Assembly (NCBI RefSeq): GCF_009914755.1
Contig: NC_060942.1
DNA from: the human T2T-CHM13v2.0 reference genome, Homo sapiens
DNA length: 64,000 nt
Direction: 5' to 3' (one strand)
The notes under the pieces are model-generated. The model had not been told where the DNA came from. It made no database searches and saw only the letters and a list, made by a program, of their open reading frames with translations. Below are positions 36,401-48,816 of the stretch, in pieces; within the stretch, counting starts at the first letter, position 1; each line of letters begins with the position of its first letter. Made by a program: the position numbers and the translations under genes.

Positions 36401-39123
36401 TCTTTCTGTAGTATCCGGAAGTGGACATTTCGGGTGATTTCAGTCCTATGTTGAAAAAGGAAATATCATCCCATAAAAACTAGACAGAAGCATTCTCAGA
36501 AATTTCTTTGTGATGTGTGTCCTCAACTAACAGAGTTCAAACTGTCTTATGATACAGCAGTTTGGAAACACTCCTTTTGTAGAATATGCAAGTGGATACT
36601 TGGATAGCTCTAACTATTTCGTTGGAAACGGGAATATCATCATATAAAATCTAGACACAAGCACTCTCAGAAACTACATTCTAATATCTGCATTCAAGTC
36701 ACAGAGTTGAATATTCCCTTTCTTAGAGCAGGTTTGAAACCGTCTTTTCGTGGAATGTGCAGGAGGATATTTGGATAGCTTTGAGGATTTCGTTGGAAAA
36801 GGGATTACATATACAAAGTAGAAAGCAGCATTCTCAGAAGCTTCTTTGTGATGTTTGCTTTTAAGTCACAGAGTTGAACATTCCCTTTCATAGAGCAGTT
36901 TTGAAACACTCTTTCTGTAGTATCTGGAAGTGGACATTTCGAGTGCTTTCCGAACTATCGTGAAAAAGGAAATATCTTCCGATAAAAACTAGACAGAAGC
37001 ATTCGCAGAAACTTGTTTGTGATGTGTGTCCTCAACTCACAGAGTTGAACATTTCGTTTGACAGAGCAGTTTGGAAACACGCTTTTTGTAGAATCTGCAA
37101 GTGGATATTTGGATAGCTTTGTGGATTTCCTTGGAAACGGGAGTATCTTCATATAAAACCTAGACAGAAACATTCTCAGAAACTGCTTTGTGATGTCTGT
37201 ATTCACATCACAGAGTTGAATATTTCCTTTCATAGAGCAGGTTTGAAACACTCTTTCTGTAGTATCTGGATGTGGACACTTGGAGCGCTTTGAGGCTTAC
37301 GGTGCAAAAGGAAATATCTTCCAATGAAAACTAGACAGAAGCATTCTCAAAAACTAGTTTGTGATGTATTTCCTCAACTAACAGAGTTGAACCTTTCTAT
37401 TTACAGAGTAGTTTTGAAAGACTCTTTTTGGAGAATCTACAAGTGGATATTTGGAGAGCTTTAAGGATTTCATTGTAAACCGGAATATCTTCAGGTAAAA
37501 TCTAGACAGAGGCATTCTCAGAAACTTCTTTGTGATGTGTGTCCTCAACTAACAGAGTTCAGCCTTTGTTATGATACAGCAGTTTGGAAACACTCTTTTT
37601 CTACTATCAGGAAGTGGACTTCTGGAGCGCTTTGACACCTTTGGTGATAAAGAGATGTCTTCCCATAAAAACTAGACGGAAGCATTCTAAGAGAATTCTT
37701 TGGGATATACGTACTCAACTAACAGAGTTGAACCTTTCTATTTATAGATCAGTCTTGAAAAGCTCTTTTCGTGGAATCTGCAAGTGAATCTTAGGATAGC
37801 TCTGAGGATTGCGTTGGAAACGGGATTACATATAAAAAGTAGACAGCAGCATTCTCAGAAACTTCTTTGTGATGTTTGCTTTTAAGTCACAGAGTTCAAT
37901 ATTCCCTTCCATAGAGCCGGTTTGAAACACTTTTTTTGTAGTATCTGGAAGTGGACATTTCGAGCGATTTCAGGCCTATGTTGAAAAAGGAAACATCTTC
38001 CCATAAAAACAAGACAGAAGCATTCTCAGAAACTTCTTTGTGATGTGTGTCCTCAACTAACAGAGTTCAACCTCTCTTATAATACAGCAGTTTGAAAAAA
38101 CACTTTTTGTAGAATATGCAAGTGGATATTTGAACAGCTCTAACTATTTCGTTCGAAATGGGAATATCTTCATATAAAATCTAGACAGAAGCACTCTCAG
38201 AAACTACATTGTGATATCAGTATTCAAATCACAGAGTTGAATATTCCCTTTCTTAGAGCAGGTTTGAAACCGTCTTTTCGTGGAAGCTGCAGGAGGATAT
38301 TTGGATAGCTTTGAGGATTTCGTTGGAAACGGGATTACATATACAAAGTAGACAGCAACATTCTCAGAAGCTTCTTTGTGATGTTTGCTTCTAAGTCACA
38401 GAGTTGAACATTCCCTTTCATACAGCAGGTTTGAAACACTCTTTCTGTAGTATCTGGAAGTGGACATTTCGAGCGCTTTCAGGCCCATGGTGAAAAAGGA
38501 AATATCTCCCCATAAAAACTAGACAGAAGCATTCGCAGAAACTTGTTTGTGATGTGTGTCCTCAACCAACAGAGTTGAACATTTCCTGTGACAGAGCAGT
38601 TTGGAAACACGCTTTTTGTAGAATCTGCAAGTGGATATTTGGATAGCTTTGTGGATTTCCTTGGGAACGGGAGTATCTTCATATAAAACCTAGACGGAAA
38701 CATTCTCCGAAACTCCTTTGTAATGTCTGCATTCACGTCACAGAGTTGAACATTCCCTTTCATAGAGCAGGTTTGAAACACTCTTTCTGAAGTATCTGGA
38801 TGTGGACACTTGGAGCGCTTTGACGCTTACGGTGAAAAAAGAAATAACTTCCCATGAAAACTAGACAGAAGCATTCTCACAAACTGGTTTGTGATGTATG
38901 TCCTCAACTAACAGAGTTGAACCTTTCTATTTACAGAGCAGTTTTCAAAGACTCTTTTTGGAGAATCTGCAAGTGGATATCTGGAGATCTTTAAGGATTT
39001 CACTGGAAACCGGAATATCTTCAGGTAAAATCTGGACAGAGGCATTCTCGGAAACTTCTTCGTGATGTGCGTCCTCAACTAACAGAGTACAACCTGTCTT
39101 TTGATACATCAGTTTGGAAACAC
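24497..39123 (+). repeat. 86-monomer super-HOR, copy 2 (14,627 bp)
   Basis: Offset 14,627 from copy 1 throughout and to the start of copy 3 (25132/39759). Confidence 0.93.
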
Positions 39124-42100
39124 TCTTTTTGTAGAATCTGCAAGAGGATATTTGGATAGCTCTAGCGATTTCGATGGATACGGGAATACCTTCATATGAA
39201 ATCTAGACAGAGGCACTCTCAGAAACTGCTTTGTGATATCTGCATTCAAGTCACAGAGTTGAACATTCCCTTTCTTAGAGCAGGTTTGAAACTCTCTTTT
39301 TGTAGTATCTGGAAGTGGACACTTGGAGCGCTTTGACGCCTTTGGTGAAAAAGGAAATGTCTTCCCATAAAAACTAGACAGAAGCATTCTAAGAAACTTC
39401 TTTGGGATATATGTACTCAACTAACAGAGTTGAACCTTTCTATTTAGAGATCAGTTTTAAAAAGCTCTTTTTGTGGAATCCGCAAGTGGATATTAGAATA
39501 GCTCTGAGGATTTCGTTGGAGACGGGATTACGTATAAAAAGTAGACAGCAGCATTCTCAAAAGCTTCTTTGTGATCTTTGCTTTTAAATCGCAGAGTTCA
39601 ATATTCCCTTCCGTAGAGAAGGTTTGAAACACTCTTTCTGTAGTATCTGGAAGTGGACATTTCGAGCGATTTCAGGCCTATGTTGAAAAAGGAAATATCT
39701 TCCAATAAAAACTAGACGGAAGCATTCTCAAAAATTTCTTTGTGATGTGCGTCCTCAACTAACAGAGTTCATCCTTTCTTATGATACAGCAGTTTATAAA
39801 CACTCTTTTTGTAGAATCTGCAAGTGGATATTTGCATAGCTCTAACCATTTCATAGGAAACGGGAATACCTTCATATAAAATCTAGACAGAGGCACCCTC
39901 AGAAACTGCTTTGTGATATCTGCATTCAAGTCACAGAGTTGAACATTCCCTTTCTTAGAGCAGGTTTGAGACAATCTATTTGTAGTATCTGGTAGTGGAC
40001 ATTTGGAGCGCTTTGATGCCTTTGGTGAAAAAGGAAATATCTTCCATAAAAACTAGACAGAAGCATTCCAAGAATCTTCCTTGCGATATATGTACTCAAC
40101 TACCAGAGTTGAACCTTTCTATTGATAGATCAGTTTTGAAAAGCTCTTTTTGTGGAATCTGCAATTGGATATAAGGATAGTTCTGAGGATTTCGTTGGAG
40201 ACGGGATTGCATATAAAAAGTAGACAGCAGCATTCTCAGAAGCTTCTTTGTGATGTTTGCTTTTAAGTCACAGAGTTGAATATTCCCTTCCATAGAGCAG
40301 GTTTGAAACCCTCTTTGTCTACTATCTGGAAGTGGACATTTCGAGCGCTTTCAGGCCTATGGTGAACAAGGAAATATCGTCCCATAAAAACTAGACAGAA
40401 GCATTCGCAGAAACTTGTTTGTGATGTGTGTCCTCATCTCACAGAGGTGACCATTTCGTTTGACAGAGCAGTTTGGAAACACGCTTTTTGCAGAATACGC
40501 AAGTGGATATTTGGATAGCTGTAACGATTTCGTTGGATACGGGAATAACTTCATATAAATTCTAGACAGAGGCACTCTCAGAAACTGCTTTTTGATATCT
40601 GCATTCAAGTCACGGAGTTGAACATTCTCTTTCTTAGAGCAGGTTTGAAACACTCTTTTTGTAGTATCTGGAAGTGGACATTTGGAGGGCTTTGACGCCT
40701 TTGGTGAAAAAGGAAATGTCTTCCCATAAAAACTAGACAGAAGCATTCTAAGAAACTTCTTTGGGATATATGTACTCAACTAACAGAGTTGAACCTTTCT
40801 CTTTATAGATCAGTTTTGAAAAGCTCTTTTTGTGGAATCTGCAAGTGGATATTAAAATAGCTCTGAGGATTTCGTTGGAGACGGGATGACATATAAAAAG
40901 TAGACAGCAGCATTCTCAGAAGCGTCTTTGTGATGTTTGCTTTTAAGTCACAGAGTTGAATTTTCCCTTCCATAGAGCAGGTTTGAAACAATCTTTCTGT
41001 AGTATCTGGAAGTGGACATTTCGAGCGCTTTCAGGCCTATGTTGAAAAATTAAATATCTTCTCATAAAAACTATACAGAAGCATTCTCAGAAACGTCTTT
41101 GTGATGTGTGGCCTCAACTAACAGAGTTCAACCTTTCTTATGATACAGCAGTTTGGAAACACTCTTTTTGTAGAATATGCAATTGGATATTTGGATAGCT
41201 CTAAGTATTTCGTTGGAGACGGGAATATCTTCATATAAAATCTAGACAGAAGCACTCTCAGAAACTACTTTGTGATATCTGCATTCAAGTCACAGAGTTG
41301 AAAATTCCCTTTCTTAGACCAGGTTTTAAACCGTCTTCTCGTGGAATCTGCAGGAGGATATTTCGATAGCCTTGAGGGTTTAGTTGGAAACGGGATTACA
41401 TATACAAAGTAGACAGCAGCATTCTCAGAAGCTTCTTTGTGATGTTTGCTTGTAAGTCACAGAGTTGAACATTCTCTTTCATAGAGCAGGTTTGAAACAC
41501 TCTTCCTGTAGTATCTGGAAGTGGACATTTCGAGCGCTTTCAGGCCTATGGTGAACAAGGAAATATCTTCCCATAAAAACTAGATAGAAGCATTCGCAGA
41601 AACTTCTTTGTGATGTGTGTCCTCAACTCACAGAGTCGAACATTTCGTTTGACAGAGCAGTTTGGAAACACGCTTTTTGTAGAATCTGCAAGTGGATATT
41701 TGGATAGCTTTGCGGATTTTGCTTGAAACGGGAGTATCTTCCTATTAAACCTAGACAGAAACATTCTCAGAAACTGCTTTGTGATGTCTGCATTCACGTC
41801 ACGGAGTTGAACATTCCCTTTCATAGAGCAGGTTTGAAACTCCCTTTCTGTAGTATCTGGATGTGGACACTTGGAGGGCTTTGACGCTTACGGTGAAAAA
41901 GGAAATATGTTCCCATGAAAACTAGACAGAAGCATTCTCACAAACTGGTTTGTGATGTATGTCCTCAACTAACAGACTTGAACCTTTCTATTTACAGAGC
42001 AGTTTTGAAAGACACTTTTTGGAGACTCTGCAAGTGGATATTTGGAGAGCTTTAAGGATTTCACTGGAAACCGGAATATCTTGAGGAAAAATCTAGACAG

Positions 42101-45100
42101 AGGCATTCTCAGAAACTTCTTTGTGATGTGTGTCCTCAACTAACAGAGTACAACTTGTCTTCTGATACAGCAGTTTCGAAACACTCTTTTTGTAGAAACT
42201 CCAAGAGGATATTTCGATAGCTCTAACGGTTTCGTTGGAAACCGGAATACCTTCATATAAAATTTAGCAGAGGCACTCTCAGAAACTGCTTTGTGATATC
42301 TGCATTCAAGTCACAGAGTTGAACATTCCCTTTCTTAGAGCAGGTTTGAAACACCCTTTTTGTAGTATCTGGAAGTGGACATTTGGAGCGCTTTGACGCC
42401 TCTGGTGAAAAAGGAAAGGTCTTCCCATAAAAACTAGACAGAAGCATTCTAAGGAACTTCTTTGGGATATATGTACTCAACTAACACAGTTGAAACTTTC
42501 TATTTAGAGATCAGTTTTGAAAAGCTCTTTTTGTGGAATCCGCATGTGGATATTAGGATAGCACTGAGGATATCGTTGGAGACGGGATTACGTATAAAAA
42601 GTAGACAGCAGCATTCTCAGAAGCTTCTTTGTGATGTTTGCTTTTAAATCGCAGAGTTCAATATTCCCTTCCATAGAGCAGGTTTGAGACACTCTTTCTG
42701 TAGTATCTGGAAGTGGACATTTCGAGCGATTTCAGGCCTATGTTGAAAAAGGAAATATCTTCCCATAAAAACTAGACAGAAGCATTCTCAGAAACTTCTT
42801 TGTGATGTGTGTCCTCAACTAACAGAGTTCAACCTCTCTTATGATACAGCAGTTTGGAAACACTCTTTTTGTAGAATATGCAACTGGATATTTGGAGAGC
42901 TCTAACTATTTTGTTGGTAACGGGAATATCTTCATATAAAATCTAGACAGAAGCACTCTCAGAAACTACTTTGTGATATCTGCATTCAAGTCACAGAGTT
43001 GAATATTCCCTTTCTTAGAGCAGGTTTGAAACCGTCTTTTCGTGGAATCTGCAGGAGGATATTTGGATAGCTTTGAGGATTTCGTAGGAAACGGGATTAC
43101 ATATACAAAGTGGACAGCAGCATTCTCAGAAGCTTCTTTGTGATGTTTGCTTTTAAGTCACAGAGTTGAACATTCCCTTTCATAGAGCAGGTTTCAAACA
43201 CTCTTTCTGTAATATCTGGAAGTGGCCATTTCGAGCGCTTTCAGGCCTATGGTGAACAAGGAAATATCTTCCCATAAAAACTAAACAGAAGCCTTCGCAG
43301 AAACTTGTTTGTGATGTGTGTCCTCAACTCACAGAGTTGAACATTTCGTTTGACAGAGCAGTTTGGAAACACGCTTTTTGTAGAATCTGCAAGTGGATAT
43401 TTGGATAGCTTTGTGGATTTCCTTGGAAACGGGAGTATCTTCATATAAAACCTAGAAAGAAACATTCTCAGAAACTGCTTTGTGATGTCTGTATTCACGT
43501 CACAGAGTTGAATATTTCCTTTCATAGAGCAGGTTTGAAACACTCTTTCTGTAGTATCTGGATGTGGACACTTGGAGCGCTTTGAGGCTTACGGTGCAAA
43601 AGGAAATATCTTCCAATGAAAACTAGACAGAAGCATTCTCAAAAACTAGTTTGTGATGTATTTCCTCAACTAACAGAGTTGAACCTTTCTATTTACAGAG
43701 TAGTTTTGAAAGACTCTTTTTGGAGAATCTACAAGTGGATATTTGAGAGCTTTAAGGATTTCATTGTAAACCGGAATATCTTCAGGTAAACTCTAGACAG
43801 AGGCATTCTCAGAAACTTCTTTGTGATGTGTGTCCTCAACTAACAGAGTTCAGCCTTTGTTATGATACAGCAGTTTGGAAACACTCTTTTTGTACTATCA
43901 GGAAGTGGACTTTTGGAGCGCTTTGACACCTTTGGTGATAAAGAGATGTCTTCCCATAAAAACCAGACGGAAGCATTCTAAGAGAATTCTTTGGGATATA
44001 AGTACTCAACTAACAGAGTTGAACCTTTCTATTTATAGATCAGTCTTGAAAAGCTCTTTTCGTGGAATCTGCAAGTGAATCTTAGGATAGCTCTGAGGAT
44101 TTCGTTGGAAATCGGATTACATATAAAAAGTAGACAGCAGCATTCTCAGAAACTTCTTTGTGATGTTTGCTTTTAAGTCACAGAGTTCAATATTCCCTTC
44201 CATAGAGCCGGTTTGAAACACTTTTTTTGTAGTATCTGGAAGTGGACATTTCGAGCGATTTCAGGCCTATGTTGAAAAAGGAAACATCTTCCCATAAAAA
44301 AAGACAGAAGCATTCTCAGAAACTTCTTTGTGATGTGTGTCCTCAACTAACAGAGTTCAACCTCTCGTATAATACAGCAGTTTGAAAAAACACTTTTTGT
44401 AGAATATGCAAGTGGATATTTGAACAGCTCTAACTATTTCGTTCGAAATGGGAATATCTTCATATAAAATCTAGACAGAAGCACTCTCAGAAACTACATT
44501 GTGATATCTGTATTCAAGTCACAGAGTTGAATATTCCCTTTCTTAGAGCAGGTTTGAAACCGTCTTTTCGTGGAAGCTGCAGGAGGATATTTGGATAGCT
44601 TTGAGGATTTCGTTGGAAACGGGATTACATATACAAAGTAGACAGCAACATTCTCAGAAGCTTCTTTGTGATGTTTGCTTCTAAGTCACAGAGTTGAACA
44701 TTCCCTTTCATACAGCAGGTTTGAAACACTCTTTCTGTAGTATCTGGAAGTGGACATTTCGAGCGCTTTCAGGCCCATGGTGAAAAAGGAAATATCTCCC
44801 CATAAAAACTAGACAGAAGCATTCGCAGAAACTTGTTTGTGATGTGTGTCCTCAACCAACAGAGTTGAACATTTCCTGTGACAGAGCAGTTTGGAAACAC
44901 GCTTTTTGTAGAATCTGCAATTGGATATTTGGATAGCTTTGTGGATGTCGTTGGAAACGGGAGTATCTTCATATAAAACCTAGACGGAAACATTCTCCGA
45001 AACTCCTTTGTAATGTCTGCATTCACGTCACAGAGTTGAACATTCCCTTTCATAGAGCAGGTTTGAAACACTCTTTCTGAAGTATCTGGATGTCGACACT

Positions 45101-48100
45101 TGGAGCGCTTTGACGCTTACACTGAAAAAGGAAATAACTTCCCATGAAAACTAGACAGAAGCATTCTCACAAACTGGTTTGTGATGTATGTCCTCAACTA
45201 ACAGAGTTGAACCTTTCTATTTACAGAGCAATTTTCAAAGACTCTTTTTGGAGAATCTGCAAGTGGATATCTGGAGATCTTTTAGGATTTCATTGGAAAC
45301 CGGAATATCTTCAGGTAAAATCTAGACAGAGGCATTCTCAGAAACTTCTTCATGATGTGCGTCCTCAACTAACAGAGTACAACCTGTCTTTTGATACATC
45401 AGTTTGGAAACACTCTTTTTGTAGAATCTGGAAGTGGATATTTCGATAGCTCTAACGATTTCGTTGGAAACGGGAATAGCTTCATATAAAATCTAGGCAG
45501 AGGCACTCTCAGAAACTACTTTGTGAGATCTGCATTCAAGTCACAGAGTTCAACATTCCCTTTCGTAGATCTGGTTTGATAGACTCTTTTTGTTGTATCT
45601 GGAAGTGGACATTTGGAGCGCTTTGACGACTTTGGTGAAAAAGGAAATATCTTCCCATAAAAACTAGACAGAAGCATTCTCAGAAACTTGTTTGTGCTGT
45701 GTGTACTCAACTGACAGAGCTGAACTTTTCTTTCTACACAGCAGTTTTGAAAAACTCTTTTTGTAGTATCTGCAAGTGGATAATTGGATGGCTTTAAGGA
45801 TTTCGTTGGAAATGGGTCTACATTCATGTAAAATCTACACAGAAGCATTCTCAGAAACTTCTTTGGGATATATGTACTCAACTAACAGAGTTGAACCTTT
45901 CTATTTCTGGGTCAGTTTTGAGAAGCTCTTTTTCTGTAATCTGCAAGTGGATATTCGGATAGCTCTGAGGATTTCCTTGGAAATGGGATTTCATATAAAA
46001 TGTAGACAGCAGCATTCTCAGAAGCTTCTTTGTGATGTTTGCTTTTAAGTCACAGAGTTGAATATTCCCTTCCATAGAGCAGGATTGAAACACTCTTTCT
46101 GTAGTATCCGGAAGTGGACATTTCGGGTGATTTCAGTCCTATGTTGAAAAAGGAAATATCATCCCATAAAAACTAGACAGAAGCATTCTCAGAAATTTCT
46201 TTGTGATGTGTGTCCTCAACTAACAGAGTTCAAACTGTCTTATGATACAGCAGTTTGGAAACACTCCTTTTGTAGAATATGCAAGTGGATACTTGGATAG
46301 CTCTAACTATTTCGTTGGAAACGGGAATATCATCATATAAAATCTAGACACAAGCACTCTCAGAAACTACATTCTAATATCTGCATTCAAGTCACAGAGT
46401 TGAATATTCCCTTTCTTAGAGCAGGTTTGAAACCGTCTTTTCGTGGAATGTGCAGGAGGATATTTGGATAGCTTTGAGGATTTCGTTGGAAAAGGGATTA
46501 CATATACAAAGTAGAAAGCAGCATTCTCAGAAGCTTCTTTGTGATGTTTGCTTTTAAGTCACAGAGTTGAACATTCCCTTTCATAGAGCAGTTTTGAAAC
46601 ACTCTTTCTGTAGTATCTGGAAGTGGACATTTCGAGTGCTTTCCGAACTATCGTGAAAAAGGAAATATCTTCCGATAAAAACTAGACAGAAGCATTCGCA
46701 GAAACTTGTTTGTGATGTGTGTCCTCAACTCACAGAGTTGAACATTTCGTTTGACAGAGCAGTTTGGAAACACGCTTTTTGTAGAATCTGCAAGTGGATA
46801 TTTGGATAGCTTTGTGGATTTCCTTGGAAACGGGAGTATCTTCATATAAAACCTAGAAAGAAACATTCTCAGAAACTGCTTTGTGATGTCTGTATTCACG
46901 TCACAGAGTTGAATATTTCCTTTCATAGAGCAGGTTTGAAACACTCTTTCTGTAGTACCTGGATGTGGACACTTGGAGCGCTTTGAGGCTTACGGTGCAA
47001 AAGGAAATATCTTCCAATGAAAACTAGACAGAAGCATTCTCAAAAACTAGTTTGTGATGTATTTCCTCAACTAACAGAGTTGAACCTTTCTATTTACAGA
47101 GTAGTTTTGAAAGACTCTTTTTGGAGAATCTGCAAGTGGATATTTGGAGAGCTTTAAGGATTTCATTGTAAACCGGAATATCTTCAGGTAAAATCTAGAC
47201 AGAGGCATTCTCAGAAACTTCTTTGTGACGTGTGTCCTCAACTAACAGAGTTCAGCCTTTGTTATGATACAGCAGTTTGGAAACACTCTTTTTGTACTAT
47301 CAGGAAGTGGACTTCTGGAGCGCTTTGACACCTTTGGTGATAAAGAGATGTCTTCCCATAAAAACCAGACGGAAGCATTCTAAGAGAATTCTTTGGGATA
47401 TACGTACTCAACTAACAGAGTTGAACCTTTCTATTTATAGATCAGTCTTGAAAAGCTCTTTTCGTGGAATCTGCAAGTGAATCTTAGGATAGCTCTGAGG
47501 ATTGCGTTGGAAACGGGATTACATATAAAAAGTAGACAGCAGCATTCTCAGAAACTTCTTTGTGATGTTTGCTTTTAAGTCACAGAGTTCAATATTCCCT
47601 TCCATAGAGCCGGTTTGAAACACTTTTTTTGTAGTATCTGGAAGTGGACATTTCGAGCGATTTCAGGCCTATGTTGAAAAAGGAAACATCTTCCCATAAA
47701 AACAAGACAGAAGCATTCTCAGAAACTTCTTTGTGATGTGTGTCCTCAACTAACAGAGTTCAACCTCTCTTATAATACAGCAGTTTGAAAAAACACTTTT
47801 TGTAGAATATGCAAGTGGATATTTGAACAGCTCTAACTATTTCGTTCGAAATGGGAATATCTTCATATAAAATCTAGACAGAAGCACTCTCAGAAACTAC
47901 ATTGTGATATCAGTATTCAAATCACAGAGTTGAATATTCCCTTTCTTAGAGCAGGTTTGAAACCGTCTTTTCGTGGAAGCTGCAGGAGGATATTTGGATA
48001 GCTTTGAGGATTTCGTTGGAAACGGGATTACATATACAAAGTAGACAGCAACATTCTCAGAAGCTTCTTTGTGATGTTTGCTTCTAAGTCACAGAGTTGA

Positions 48101-48816
48101 ACATTCCCTTACATACAGCAGGTTTGAAACACTCTTTCTGTAGTATCTGGAAGTGGACATTTCGAGCGCTTTCAGGCCCATGGTGAAAAAGGAAATATCT
48201 CCCCATAAAAACTAGACAGAAGCATTCGCAGAAACTTGTTTGTGATGTGTGTCCTCAACCAACAGAGTTGAACATTTCCTGTGACAGAGCAGTTTGGAAA
48301 CACGCTTTTTGTAGAATCTGCAAGTGGATATTTGGATAGCTTTGTGGATTTCCTTGGGAACGGGAGTATCTTCATATAAAACCTAGACGGAAACATTCTC
48401 CGAAACTCCTTTGTAATGTCTGCATTCACGTCACAGAGTTGAACATTCCCTTTCATAGAGCAGGTTTGAAACACTCTTTCTGAAGTATCTGGATGTGGAC
48501 ACTTGGAGCGCTTTGACGCTTACGGTGAAAAAAGGAATAACTTCCCATGAAAACTAGACAGAAGCATTCTCACAAACTGGTTTGTGATGTATGTCCTCAA
48601 CTAACAGAGTTGAACCTTTCTATTTACAGAGCAGTTTTCAAAGACTCTTTTTGGAGAATCTGCAAGTGGATATCTGGAGATCTTTAAGGATTTCACTGGA
48701 AACCGGAATATCTTCAGGTAAAATCTAGACAGAGGCATTCTCGGAAACTTCTTCGTGATGTGCGTCCTCAACTAACAGAGTACAACCTGTCTTTTGATAC
48801 ATCAGTTTGGAAACAC
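39124..48816 (+). repeat. Super-HOR copy 3, 57-monomer deletion variant (9,693 bp; 4,934 bp or 29 monomers missing)
   Basis: The offset to copy 1 changes from 29,254 (12999/42253) to 24,320 (18927/43247). Equivalents of ORFs 13902-18181 are absent. Confidence 0.93.
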
